Positions 1-9,887 of a DNA stretch of 64,000 nucleotides are shown here, piece by piece; the stretch's first letter is position 1, and every line of letters begins with the position of its first letter. Made by a program: the position numbers and the translations under genes. The notes under the pieces were generated by a model that searched no databases, was not told the DNA's origin, and worked only from the letters and a program-made list of their open reading frames with translations. Location: NCBI RefSeq assembly GCF_947489715.1, contig NZ_CANLER010000002.1:265597-329596 (forward strand). Reading direction: 5' to 3'. This DNA is from an uncultured Roseovarius sp. GTDB lineage: Bacteria; Pseudomonadota; Alphaproteobacteria; Rhodobacterales; Rhodobacteraceae.

Positions 1-793
1 CGCAGCAGCACTGGCCCGAGTTGAACATCGCCCCGTCGATCAACGTGTCCACCGCCGCATCCAGATCGGCATCCTCCATCACATAGCCCGGATCCTTGCC
101 GCCCAGCTCGGTGCCGACCCCGGTGAAAGTGCCCGCCGCCGCGCGTTCCATCGCCTTGCCGCCGCCCACCGATCCGGTGAAGTTGACGAAATCGAACGCC
201 CGGCGCGCAATCAATTCAGACGTGGTGTCATGATCCAGAAACACGTTCTGAAACACGTTCTCGGGCACGCCTGCCGCGTGGAAGGCTTTCGCCATCCGCT
301 CCCCCACCAACAGGGTCTGCGTGGCATGTTTCAACACCACCGCACTGCCCGCGATCAGGGCAGGTGCCACGGTATTGATCGCCGTCATATACGGGTAATT
401 CCAAGGCGCCACCACGAACACCACACCATGCGGCACCCGTTTGATATACCGTCTGAACGTCTCGTCCTCGCCCACCTCGATATCGGCCAGAGAGGTCTCG
501 GCGATCTTGGCCATATGGCTCGCACGCTCGTTGAAGCCGCCGAATTCGCCACCATAACGAATGGGACGGCCCATCATCCGGGCCAGTTCCGGCACGATGT
601 CATCATTCATCTCACCCACGGCGGCAACGCCGGCCATGACCAGATCAATCCGCTCCTGCAAAGGCCGCGCCGCCCAATCCACCTGCGCCGCGCGGGCCGC
701 CTTGGCCACCGCCATTGCCGCCTCGCGCGACAGCACATCGCGCTCGGCAAAAACCGATCCATCAATCGGCGAGATACACCTGAGTGTCGTCAT
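1..793 (-). CDS. Aldehyde dehydrogenase family protein, 3' end runs off the window start
   Basis: Manual minus-strand translation from ATG at 793 (MTTLRCISPIDGS...) shows APWNYP, FTGS, ELGGKD and NSGQCC motifs. Not listed in the ORF track because it is truncated. Confidence 0.92.
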   Translation of the reverse strand, partial: MTTLRCISPIDGSVFAERDVLSREAAMAVAKAARAAQVDWAARPLQERIDLVMAGVAAVGEMNDDIVPELARMMGRPIRYGGEFGGFNERASHMAKIAETSLADIEVGEDETFRRYIKRVPHGVVFVVAPWNYPYMTAINTVAPALIAGSAVVLKHATQTLLVGERMAKAFHAAGVPENVFQNVFLDHDTTSELIARRAFDFVNFTGSVGGGKAMERAAAGTFTGVGTELGGKDPGYVMEDADLDAAVDTLIDGAMFNSGQCCC

Positions 794-844
794 CTGATCC
801 TCATCTGTTTCGGGCATTCGCGCCCTTCTTATTGGCCAAAATAC

Positions 845-2200
845 TCAAGCCCGCTCAAACCCGCGCGCCACCTCGTAATCCGTCACCACGCGGTCAAAAT
901 CCTCGATCTCGACCTCGGCGGCACGGACATAGTGATCCACCACGTCATCGCCCATCGCCGCCCGCAACATGGCCGACCCCTTCAGCGTGACCATCGCATC
1001 GCGAAGGGTCTGCGGAATCATACCGCTCTCGCCCTCATAGGCGTCTCCAGAAAACGGGGGATCCAGCTCCAATTTCTCTTCGATACCGGCAATCCCGGCG
1101 GCAATCTGCGCGGCCATCGCCAGATAGGGGTTCAGATCCGACCCACCCACGCGGCATTCAACCCGCACCGCCTTGGTGCCGTCGCCGCACAGCCGGAAAC
1201 CCGCCGTGCGGTTATCGACCGACCAGATCGTGCGCGTCGGCGCAAAGGTGCCCTTCTGGAAGCGTTTATAACTGTTGATATAAGGCGCCAGGAAATAGGT
1301 GAAATCAGGTGCGTATTTGAGCAAACCGGCCATGTAAGTTTTCATTAACGCCGACATGCCAAGTTTGTCTTCAGCATCAAAAAACGCAGGTACACCGTTT
1401 TGCCACAGCGACTGATGCACATGGGATGAACTGCCCACCTTGTCATGATGCCATTTCGGCAGGAAAGTCACCGCATGACCCTGCTGAAATGCGATCTCCT
1501 TGACCGCATGCTTGGCGATGGTGTGATAATCCGCCGTGTCCAGGGCAGCAGCATATTTGATGTTCAGCTCTTCCTGCCCGGTTTCAGCCTCGCCCTTTGA
1601 ATTCTCAACAGGGATGCCAGCATTCCACAGATGATTGCGGATGGGCCGCATCACGTGCTCTTCCTTGGTGGTCTGCAAAATGGCGTAATCTTCGTTGTAC
1701 CCACTGATCGGCTCCAGATCGCGGAACTTCTCCTTACGGATCTCGTCAAAGCTCTTCTCGAACAGGAAAAACTCCAACTCGGTCGCCATCATTGCGTCAT
1801 AGCCCATCGCCTCAAGCCGCTTGATTTGTTTTTTCAGCACCGCGCGGGGGGAATGGGGCACGTCCTTGTGGGTGTAATGATCCAGAACGTCGCACAGCAC
1901 CATAACGGTGCCCTCCAGCCACGGAACCGAACGCAATGTGCCGAGGTCCGGTTTCATCACATAGTCGCCATACCCCGATTGCCAACTGGTCGAGGCATAG
2001 CCATCAGGCGTCGCCATCTCCAGATCGGTGGCCAGCAGGTAGTTGCAGCAATGGGTCTCTTCCCAGGCGCCAGCAATGAAATGCCCGGCGTGAAACCGTT
2101 TTCCCATCAACCGGCCCTGCATATCGACGAGACACGCCAATACGGTATCAATTTCGCCCGAGGCGGTTTGTGCTTTCAGATCTTCGAAACTCAGGCTCAT
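845..2200 (-). CDS. Glutamine synthetase-like protein (probable gamma-glutamyl-amine ligase)
   Basis: 451 aa ORF with ELEFF, E-x-GQ-x-E, GSSSHVHQS, NSYKRF and NRTAGFR motifs; catabolic neighbourhood. Confidence 0.88.
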   Translation of the reverse strand: MSLSFEDLKAQTASGEIDTVLACLVDMQGRLMGKRFHAGHFIAGAWEETHCCNYLLATDLEMATPDGYASTSWQSGYGDYVMKPDLGTLRSVPWLEGTVMVLCDVLDHYTHKDVPHSPRAVLKKQIKRLEAMGYDAMMATELEFFLFEKSFDEIRKEKFRDLEPISGYNEDYAILQTTKEEHVMRPIRNHLWNAGIPVENSKGEAETGQEELNIKYAAALDTADYHTIAKHAVKEIAFQQGHAVTFLPKWHHDKVGSSSHVHQSLWQNGVPAFFDAEDKLGMSALMKTYMAGLLKYAPDFTYFLAPYINSYKRFQKGTFAPTRTIWSVDNRTAGFRLCGDGTKAVRVECRVGGSDLNPYLAMAAQIAAGIAGIEEKLELDPPFSGDAYEGESGMIPQTLRDAMVTLKGSAMLRAAMGDDVVDHYVRAAEVEIEDFDRVVTDYEVARGFERA

Positions 2201-2234
2201 TCTAACAATCCGTTCTGTCGGGTTTCAAATGATG

Positions 2235-2261
2235 TCCGGCCCCGGGCAATGCCGGGACCGG
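2235..2261 (-). other. GC-rich hairpin immediately 3' of the TRAP SBP gene (possible mRNA-stabilising stem-loop)
   Basis: TCCGGCCCGG-gcaatg-CCGGGACCGGA imperfect inverted repeat with no clear U-tract on the transcribed strand. Confidence 0.45.
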
Positions 2262-2280
2262 AAAATGATATCAGGTCACT

Positions 2281-3318
2281 TCAGCCGTTTGTGTAGGGCG
2301 GTCCGGCCTGGTTGATGACCGAGTTGTATTCGCTGAAAATGTTGATGATTTTCTGTTGAATCTCACCCTCCTCGGCGATCTCCTTCCAGAAATCCTTCGC
2401 AGCATTCTCGACTTCGGCCCATTCCTCGGCGGGTACGGTGCGCAGTTCAAGCTTGTCGCCATTGGCACGCAGATTCGCTTCACCCCCCCAGTACCACTGG
2501 TTGCGATAGGTGTGCCCTGCCTCAGTCGCCGACATAACCAGTTGCTTAAGGTGATCCGGCAGATCGGCCCAGCGTTGCTGGTTGACGAACCACGATCCGA
2601 TCCACGCGCCCGAGATATTGTTGGTCAGGAAGTAGTCGGTTACCTCGGCCCAGCCAACGGTATAATCCTCGGTGATACCTGACCACGCCATACCGTCCAG
2701 CTCGCCGGTCTGTACGGCAACCTCTGCATCCTCGTAAGGAATATTGACCGGCACCACGCCAAATTTGGCCAGGAAACGACCCGCCGTCGGGAAGGAATAA
2801 AGCTTGAGGCCATCCAGATCGGCCACCGACGTGATTTCTTTCTTGGTGTTGAAGTTGCACGGGTCCTGGCCAGCGGCGGAAATCCACTGGACGCCGACCT
2901 TCTCGTACTCAGCCCGCCAGATATCGGCCAACCCATACTGGTTAAAGAGGACCGGCACATCGAGGATATGCTTGGTCGCAAACGGGAAATAGCCCCCGAA
3001 CTGACGCAGTGGCGTGGGTGACGCCATTGAATCGTCGTCCGAATGCACCGCGTCGATGGTGCCCCGCTGAAGCGCCTGGAAAAGCTCTCCGGTGGGTACG
3101 ATCTGGTCCGCGTAAAACAGCTCGATCTCCATCTCGCCATTGGCGGCGTCGTTGACATAATCGACCATCGGTTTGGTCACATGCTCACCCAGGGCAGCAC
3201 CGGCATAGGTCTGGAAACGCCATTTAATCGGCGCCTGGGCTTTCACGATCGCCGGTGAGGCCAGCGTTGCCGCGGCACCGACACCAGCGGTTGTCAGAAA
3301 CTTTCTTCTAGTCGTCAT
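2281..3318 (-). CDS. dctP: TRAP transporter substrate-binding protein (DctP family), Tat-type signal
   Basis: Start MTTRRKFL (twin arginine) after a GGAGAG RBS; GELDG and WSGITED motifs; adjacent to dctM/dctQ. Confidence 0.9.
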   Translation of the reverse strand: MTTRRKFLTTAGVGAAATLASPAIVKAQAPIKWRFQTYAGAALGEHVTKPMVDYVNDAANGEMEIELFYADQIVPTGELFQALQRGTIDAVHSDDDSMASPTPLRQFGGYFPFATKHILDVPVLFNQYGLADIWRAEYEKVGVQWISAAGQDPCNFNTKKEITSVADLDGLKLYSFPTAGRFLAKFGVVPVNIPYEDAEVAVQTGELDGMAWSGITEDYTVGWAEVTDYFLTNNISGAWIGSWFVNQQRWADLPDHLKQLVMSATEAGHTYRNQWYWGGEANLRANGDKLELRTVPAEEWAEVENAAKDFWKEIAEEGEIQQKIINIFSEYNSVINQAGPPYTNG

Positions 3319-3380
3319 CGTTTTCTCTCCTGTTGTTTGCTCGACAATTGTTGCTCCGTTGCTGGAGTTCTCAAAAATTC

Positions 3381-4706
3381 CTATTTTCCATAGACATAAT
3401 CCGGCAGCCACAGCGCCACTTGCGGGAACATCATGACCACCGCCAGCGCAAAGGTCATCACCAGCACAAAGGGAATGATCGACCGGTAGATGTCATGGAT
3501 CGATATTTCTGGTGGCGCCATGGCCCGCATCAGAAAGAGGTTATAGCCGAAGGGCGGCGTCATATAGGCAATCTGGCAGGTGATCGTGTAAAGAACGCCA
3601 TACCAGACCAGATCGAAGCCAAGCGCGCCAACAAGCGGAACGTACAGCGGGGCGACAATAACCAGCATCGCCGTATCGTCCAGAAATGTGCCCATCACGA
3701 TAAAGCTAAGCTGCATCAGAATGAGGATCATGATGGGCGAGAGGCCCATCTTTTCGGTAAAGAGGCTCTCGATCGCCTTGACCGCGCCCAAACCGTCAAA
3801 AACCGCGCCGAAAGCAAGTGCTGCCAGGATGATCCACATGAACATGCATGAAATGCCCAGCGTGTTACGCACACTGGTCTCGAATACCTTGCGGGTCATG
3901 CGACCTTTCAAGATCGCCGCAACAAAGGCAGCCATTGCCCCAATGGCCGAGCTTTCAACCAGCGAGGTCCAGCCTTTGACAAACGGCACCATCATCGAGA
4001 AAAAGATCACCAGTGGCAGCAGCCCGGCACCCAGCAAGCGCAGTTTTTCGGGCCACCCCACGTTGCGTTCTTCGGGTGGCAGAACGGGGCCCAGCGACGG
4101 AGTGATTTTGCAGCGCACGGCGATATAGATGATGAACATCGCCGCCATCATCAGCCCCGGAAGCACGCCGGCAAGCCAGAGCTGGCCGACAGGTTGGCGT
4201 GCAATCATCGCGTAAAGCACCAGCACGACAGAGGGTGGCACAAGGATACCAAGGGACGATCCAGCCTGTATGACCCCGGTCACCATACGCTTGTCATACC
4301 CACGCTTCAGAAGCTCGGGCAGCGCGATCGTGGCACCGATGGCCATACCAGCAACACTCAGGCCGTTCATCGCTGAAATCAGCACCATCAGCCCGATCGT
4401 TCCGATCGCCAACCCGCCAGACAGTCCGCCCATCCAGACATGGAACATCTTGTAAAGATCATCGGCGATCCGGCTTTCGCTCAGGATATAGCCCATGAAA
4501 ATGAACATTGGCAGGGTCAGCAGCGGATACCATTTCATCAACTTGATCGCAGCCGCAAACCCAAGGTCATATCCGCCCCGATCGCCCCAGAGCAGCAGGG
4601 CCGCCACAACAGCCACAAAACCAATGGCGCCGAACACGCGCTGCCCGGTCAGCAGCATCAGCATCATGGTCGAGAACATCAACAGGGCAATCAACTCATA
4701 CGACAT
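3381..4706 (-). CDS. dctM: TRAP transporter large permease
   Basis: 441 aa hydrophobic ORF with GSSLGILVPPS and TPPFGYNLF motifs. Confidence 0.92.
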   Translation of the reverse strand: MSYELIALLMFSTMMLMLLTGQRVFGAIGFVAVVAALLLWGDRGGYDLGFAAAIKLMKWYPLLTLPMFIFMGYILSESRIADDLYKMFHVWMGGLSGGLAIGTIGLMVLISAMNGLSVAGMAIGATIALPELLKRGYDKRMVTGVIQAGSSLGILVPPSVVLVLYAMIARQPVGQLWLAGVLPGLMMAAMFIIYIAVRCKITPSLGPVLPPEERNVGWPEKLRLLGAGLLPLVIFFSMMVPFVKGWTSLVESSAIGAMAAFVAAILKGRMTRKVFETSVRNTLGISCMFMWIILAALAFGAVFDGLGAVKAIESLFTEKMGLSPIMILILMQLSFIVMGTFLDDTAMLVIVAPLYVPLVGALGFDLVWYGVLYTITCQIAYMTPPFGYNLFLMRAMAPPEISIHDIYRSIIPFVLVMTFALAVVMMFPQVALWLPDYVYGK

Positions 4707-5302
4707 CAGATTTCATGCCCCCGGATGCGCAGGATATCTTTGCAAAGTTCAGAAATCGCCTGAAGCAGCATCAGGAAGATACCAATGACCATGATCAGCT
4801 TGATCGGCCACAGATAAGGTCGCCAGGCCGAGGCGCTGCGCTCCATATGCCCCAATTCAGCCGCGGCTGCTTCTGGTCCGCCGGTCATGAATGCACCAAC
4901 GAGCGACGCGAAAAAGCCAAAAGGCTCGCCAGAGAAGTCACCTAGCGAATAGGCGGTTGAACTGATCCCGCCCCACAGCAGAATGATCAGATAGAAGATC
5001 AGGAAAAACACCGTCATGGCATCGACCCATGCACGCCGATGATCACTCCACGAGCCATAAAAAAGGTCCATCCGCACATTCGATCCAAGCTGGATCGAAT
5101 ACGGCCCGCCCAGCATATAATAGACAACCATGCAGAATTGAGCCATTTCCAGCGTCCACAGCGTTGGAACAAAGAAGGTTTTGGAAACTGACGACCACAA
5201 CAAGACGCCGATCATGGCAAAGACGCCATACATGATCACCCGTCCGATAAACCGGTTCATCGCATCTATGCTGCGGATATAACCCAGGAACAATTTACGC
5301 AC
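4706..5302 (-). CDS. dctQ: TRAP transporter small permease
   Basis: About four TM segments, NVRMDLFY motif, overlaps the dctM start. Confidence 0.88.
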   Translation of the reverse strand: MRKLFLGYIRSIDAMNRFIGRVIMYGVFAMIGVLLWSSVSKTFFVPTLWTLEMAQFCMVVYYMLGGPYSIQLGSNVRMDLFYGSWSDHRRAWVDAMTVFFLIFYLIILLWGGISSTAYSLGDFSGEPFGFFASLVGAFMTGGPEAAAAELGHMERSASAWRPYLWPIKLIMVIGIFLMLLQAISELCKDILRIRGHEI

Positions 5303-6095
5303 GCCCGGCCCCTTCCAGCGACAGCGCCTTGAGCGCGGGGGTGAACAGCGTCAGTAATTCTTCCGCCATTTTCCGTTCATCGTCAGGCGTGTTCAGCAAA
5401 TCGTTGCGCACTTCCAACATCACATTGGCAAGACCATGAGATTGCCCGTGAATCTTCAGCGAATGCGTTACTCCGTCAGCGGGGCCATAGGGTTCGTTCC
5501 TTTCGATCCGGCGGTGCGGCAACAGATGCGCATTGGCCAGCATCGCGTCCGCAAGGCGCGCGTCCTCATCGTGCAGAATTCCGATCTCGACCGCGCGCGC
5601 CTGATCAAAATAGACCGGTGTGAAACTGTGCATCGTGATCAGAATTGTGGGTCGACCCGCCGCTATCCGCCCAGCGATAACACCCTGCACCGCATCGCAA
5701 AACGGACGGTAGGCTGTGGCAACGCGCTCCTCACGGTCAGCGGGTGACAGATTGCGATTCCCGGGAATTTCAAACTTCTCGGATATCTCGGGTATAGCTC
5801 CCTCTGCCTCGGGCGGGCGATTACAATCATAGACCAGCCGCGAGACACAAGACGCCACCACCGGCGCATCCAAAGCCGCCGACATCAATAACGCAACCGA
5901 TCGCGCGCCGGGATCCCAGGCGGCATGGCTGGAACGCGCCTGCGCCTCAAGACCCAACCCGTCATAGCGCGCCGGGATATGGTTTGAAGCGTGCTCGCAC
6001 AGGATCAGCGCCGCACCCGCACCATGCGGGTTCAACACTTCGACCGCTTGTGATGAATCGGTGGCAACGCCGCCAGACATCCCGAACTCCCCCAT
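5295..6095 (-). CDS. N-formylglutamate amidohydrolase family protein
   Basis: CEHASN, AWDPGA, SRLVYDCNR, HSFTP, NEPY and LEVRNDL motifs; start could be 6080. Confidence 0.88.
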   Translation of the reverse strand: MGEFGMSGGVATDSSQAVEVLNPHGAGAALILCEHASNHIPARYDGLGLEAQARSSHAAWDPGARSVALLMSAALDAPVVASCVSRLVYDCNRPPEAEGAIPEISEKFEIPGNRNLSPADREERVATAYRPFCDAVQGVIAGRIAAGRPTILITMHSFTPVYFDQARAVEIGILHDEDARLADAMLANAHLLPHRRIERNEPYGPADGVTHSLKIHGQSHGLANVMLEVRNDLLNTPDDERKMAEELLTLFTPALKALSLEGAGRA

Positions 6096-6217
6096 GAATT
6101 GGAAATATCTTTTCGCAACACAGATTATGTGTCAATATATTTTCAGAGATTTTTCGCGCTTGAAGAAATATTTACAGAAGCGCAGCAATCCGAATGCGAA
6201 GACGCCATAGATGGGGA

Positions 6218-7096
6218 ATGCCCTTGACCAACCCGACCGCCACCGTGCGCGATCTGATCCGCGAGCATTACGCCACGCTTACCCAATCCGAGCGTAAGTT
6301 CGCGAATTCCTTACTGGAAAACTACCCGGCGGGGGGTCTGGCCTCGATCACCATCGTTGCGGAAAACGCGGGTGTTTCGACACCAACCGTCGCGCGCATG
6401 GTGCAGAAACTGGGCTTCAAGGGCTACCCGCATTTCCATAAATCTCTTTTGAAAGAGCTGCAGGCCAAAGTCTCGGGTCCGACTCAGCGGCGCGAAAACT
6501 GGGTCAGCGACGCGCCGGAGTCGCATTTGCTGAACAGATTTTCCCAAGCCGTCACACAAAATCTCAGTCAGACATTCTCGAACGTGGAAACCGATCGCTT
6601 TGACGCGGCTGTGCGTCAGTTGGCCAATACCGATGGACGGCTTTACGTGGTCGGCGGCCGGATCACTCGCGCCCTTGCCGATTATGCCTTTACCCATTTT
6701 CAGGCAATCCGACAGCGGGTGACGCATATGACGTCCTCATCCGCCACCTGGCCACATTACGTGCTGGATATGGTCGAAGGCGATACCCTGCTGATGTTCG
6801 ATGTCCGCCGATACGAAACCAACCTACAAAACCTTGCCAAGCTTGCGGCCGAACGCGGTGTGACCATCATACTGATCACCGATCAATGGGCCTCTCCAGT
6901 GACGGCCCACGCCAGTTTCACGTTCAATTGCTGGGTCGAAATCCCTTCGGCCTGGGATTCGAACATTTCCACCATGATGCTGCTTGAAGCGTTGATCGCC
7001 GCAACACAGGAAGAAAAATGGCCAGAAACACGCGACCGGTATGAACGCCTGGATGAGCTTTTCGATCTGACCCGATTGTTCCGCAAATTTACCTAA
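6218..7096 (+). CDS. MurR/RpiR family transcriptional regulator
   Basis: N-terminal LTQSERK...GVSTPTVAR...LGFKGY HTH followed by an SIS domain; divergent from the TRAP operon; start at 6218 is inferred. Confidence 0.88.
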   Translation: MPLTNPTATVRDLIREHYATLTQSERKFANSLLENYPAGGLASITIVAENAGVSTPTVARMVQKLGFKGYPHFHKSLLKELQAKVSGPTQRRENWVSDAPESHLLNRFSQAVTQNLSQTFSNVETDRFDAAVRQLANTDGRLYVVGGRITRALADYAFTHFQAIRQRVTHMTSSSATWPHYVLDMVEGDTLLMFDVRRYETNLQNLAKLAAERGVTIILITDQWASPVTAHASFTFNCWVEIPSAWDSNISTMMLLEALIAATQEEKWPETRDRYERLDELFDLTRLFRKFT

Positions 7097-7114
7097 ACGG
7101 TTGCCCTTGGCCTA

Positions 7115-8146
7115 TTATTGCGGTGCCGTCGTTGTGCCGACCATGTCATTCAGCCACAGGCGCCCGGCATTCACCGTATCTACATAGGTCGACATCACCC
7201 CGGCAAGTGCGGGCACTTTCTCGGCGATCATCGGCCCCAGAAGATAGAGAACCACCAAGATCAGTACCAACAGCACCGCACGCATAAAGCCACGATTGAA
7301 ACCGCTTTTGCGCGCCACCGCGACATCACCCGATGCTGCATCACCTGTCGCATGATCCGCCTCGGCGCGGGCACTTTCTGAATCAAGGGATGAATTGATT
7401 TCGTCGATATCAGGCAGCAGATTACGTCGCGAGATCAGGCCCGGATCGGGTTCGGGTTCGTCACCATCGTCGCCATCATCTTCGGGCAATCCGCGCAGAC
7501 GCGCCATACGTGACTTGGCCTGCTGTGAGCGTTGATCGGTTTCGTCAGATCGCTCTTCCAGCCCCAGATCAGGCTGAGTTTCCAAACCGCCGCTGTCTTC
7601 ATTGGCGCGCGCTTCCTGCTCTCGCGCGGCTTCTTCACGCAAGACATCGGCAATCGAAGGATCAAGCCCGCGTCTTTGGGGACGAGGTTCTTCTTCCTCA
7701 ATGCCTTCGTTCGCTGTCTCTTCTTCGGCAAATTCCGGCGCTTCATAGGATTGAGGTTCGTCATCCTCAAGTTGAGGCTCTTCATCGCTGTCCTCTAGGT
7801 CAGGGTCAGCGGCGTCCTCAGAATATTGCTGGGGCTCGTGATCAAATGCGGATTCATCATCTGCCTCAGGCTCCTCTTCCTGGGTTTCTTCCGGTGCGAA
7901 CTCTTCCTCTTCCGAAGCAAATTCATCTTCTTCCGGTGCAAAATCCGGCTCAGCCTCTTCCTCGGGGCTGTCCCACCCAGGATGCGGTGCCTCGGCCTCT
8001 TGTGGTTCTTCAGAGGGTTGGTGATCAGGATGATGCTGAAACCATGTATCGCCGCAATTCGAACATTGCACATCGCGGCCCGTTTCTGGGATCACCTCGT
8101 CCGGGACTTCATACTGTGCCCCGCAATTCGGACAAGTCAGCCTCAT
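7115..8146 (-). CDS. Zinc-ribbon (MJ0042-type finger) protein with long acidic disordered linker and C-terminal TM helix
   Basis: MRLTCPNCGAQY...VQCSNCGDTW finger, E/D/P-rich middle, hydrophobic AVLLVLILVVLYLLG segment. Confidence 0.85.
   Translation of the reverse strand: MRLTCPNCGAQYEVPDEVIPETGRDVQCSNCGDTWFQHHPDHQPSEEPQEAEAPHPGWDSPEEEAEPDFAPEEDEFASEEEEFAPEETQEEEPEADDESAFDHEPQQYSEDAADPDLEDSDEEPQLEDDEPQSYEAPEFAEEETANEGIEEEEPRPQRRGLDPSIADVLREEAAREQEARANEDSGGLETQPDLGLEERSDETDQRSQQAKSRMARLRGLPEDDGDDGDEPEPDPGLISRRNLLPDIDEINSSLDSESARAEADHATGDAASGDVAVARKSGFNRGFMRAVLLVLILVVLYLLGPMIAEKVPALAGVMSTYVDTVNAGRLWLNDMVGTTTAPQ
7889..7951. repeat. Three imperfect 21-bp tandem units within the acidic linker (EPDFAPE/EDEFASE/EEEFAPE)
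   Basis: ttccggtgcgaactcttcctc / ttccgaagcaaattcatcttc / ttccggtgcaaaatccggctc. Confidence 0.7.
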
Positions 8147-8307
8147 GTTGCCACCTGTTGCCTGCCGCCGTTGTCCGGCCAAATTCATTGGCGCTACCTT
8201 ATGCCGGAAAATCACGCCGGAAAAGGACAAAGAAATTCGGCTTTGTAATGATTGCACAAGTGTGTCCTCTAAGGCATTTAGGGCGTAATAAGCGCAAGGG
8301 GGCAGCC

Positions 8308-8985
8308 GTGATCGAGCTGGAAAACGTAGCCTACAGCTATGGCGGAGGCGAGTTGCTGAGTGACATATCGCTCAATCTACAGGCAGGATCGTTTCATTTT
8401 CTGACCGGGCCTTCGGGGGCCGGCAAGACCACATTGATGAAGCTGTGCTATGGTGCGCTGCTGCCAACATCCGGCGAAGTGCGGTTGTTTGACCGCGATC
8501 TGCGCACATTAGAACGCGACGACATCGCAATGACGCGCCGCCGGGTGGGCGTGGTACATCAGGATTGCCAGTTTCTCGATCACCTGTCGGTTTCCGAAAA
8601 TATTTCGTTACCGCTGATGGTTTCTGGCCGCGACGTGCAAGGCGAGGCTGCAAATCTGAAAGAGCTGACAAGCTGGGTTGGCCTGACTGACCGCGCCTCC
8701 GCCCTTCCTGCTGAACTTTCCGGCGGTGAACGTCAGCGCGCCGCGCTGGCCCGGGCTGTCATCATGTCACCCGATGTGATCCTGGCGGACGAACCTACGG
8801 GCAATGTCGATTGGGACATGTCACAACGCCTGCTGAAACTGCTGCTGGAACTTAATCGAATGGGCAAAACGATCATGATCGCCACGCATGATCTGGCGCT
8901 TGTACGAGCCGCCAAATCGCAGGTTCAGGCCCGTGTATTGAGAATTTCAGGCGGACAATTGCAATTGGCGGGGGCCGATTTATGA
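8308..8985 (+). CDS. ftsE: Cell division ATP-binding protein FtsE
   Basis: GTG start after AAGGGGG; GPSGAGKT, LSGGERQR, ILADEPTGNVD motifs; upstream of ftsX. Confidence 0.9.
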   Translation: MIELENVAYSYGGGELLSDISLNLQAGSFHFLTGPSGAGKTTLMKLCYGALLPTSGEVRLFDRDLRTLERDDIAMTRRRVGVVHQDCQFLDHLSVSENISLPLMVSGRDVQGEAANLKELTSWVGLTDRASALPAELSGGERQRAALARAVIMSPDVILADEPTGNVDWDMSQRLLKLLLELNRMGKTIMIATHDLALVRAAKSQVQARVLRISGGQLQLAGADL

Positions 8986-9887
8986 TCAGCAAGTCCCGCA
9001 AGATCATCGAGCTTCTTGCTGGTGATGCCCAGGCTGACAAGGTCGTGCCTCCCACCGGTTTCACCGCATCGCTCACGCTTTTCAGTTCAGCTGCCATGGC
9101 CTTTCTGGCGGTCTTTGCACTTGCTCTGTCTCTGGCCACCGGGCGATTGGCCGACCGCTGGGGCGACGAGTTGGCCCGCAGCTCGACCTTACGCATTTCG
9201 GCGCCATCCGATCAGATGGCAGCTCAGACCGCAGCCGCATTGAACGTGCTGAACACCACCAAGGGCGTGGCAACCGCGCGTGCCCTGGATGACGCCGAAC
9301 AACGTGCGCTGCTTGAACCCTGGTTTGGTCCTGACCTGCCGGTAGAAACGCTACCGATCCCGCAGCTGATCGAAGTGATCGAAGACACCGGGGGGTTTGA
9401 CGCCGACGGATTGCGCCTGCGCCTTGCGGCCGAAGTACCCGGCGCGGTGTTGGATGATCACACCCGCTGGCGGCGCCCGCTGATCCACGCCGCGACCCGG
9501 CTGCGCCTTCTGGGGTGGGTCTCGCTCGCGTTGATCGGCACGGCCACTGCCGCGATGATTACGCTCGCCGCAAACGCCGCGCTGGCGGCGAACACGCAGG
9601 TCATTGCCGTTCTGCGTCTGGTCGGTGCTCGCGATACCTATATCGCTCGTGCCTTCGTGCGCCGATTTACGTTGCGGGCGCTTGTCGGGGCGGCGTTTGG
9701 CGTGGTCCTGGGAACGGCGGCCATTCTCCTTCTACCCTCCGCAGACACAGGCGGTGGCTTTCTGACGGGCCTGGGCTTTCGCGGGCAACATTGGCTCTGG
9801 CCGCTGGTCATCCCCCCACTGGCTGCTATCGTAGCCTTCATCGCCACCCGTGCAGCTGCCCGCAGAACGCTGAAGGATCTGACATGA
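8982..9887 (+). CDS. ftsX: Cell division permease FtsX
   Basis: 4-TM layout, LRLVGARDTYIAR motif, 4-bp overlap with ftsE. Confidence 0.88.
   Translation: MISKSRKIIELLAGDAQADKVVPPTGFTASLTLFSSAAMAFLAVFALALSLATGRLADRWGDELARSSTLRISAPSDQMAAQTAAALNVLNTTKGVATARALDDAEQRALLEPWFGPDLPVETLPIPQLIEVIEDTGGFDADGLRLRLAAEVPGAVLDDHTRWRRPLIHAATRLRLLGWVSLALIGTATAAMITLAANAALAANTQVIAVLRLVGARDTYIARAFVRRFTLRALVGAAFGVVLGTAAILLLPSADTGGGFLTGLGFRGQHWLWPLVIPPLAAIVAFIATRAAARRTLKDLT

Noticed and set aside
7510-8307. Long N-terminal extension of FtsE in the ORF track (similar extensions for mdh, plsC and mcl2)
   Set aside because: They overlap genes on the opposite strand or in another frame; RBS-supported starts lie downstream
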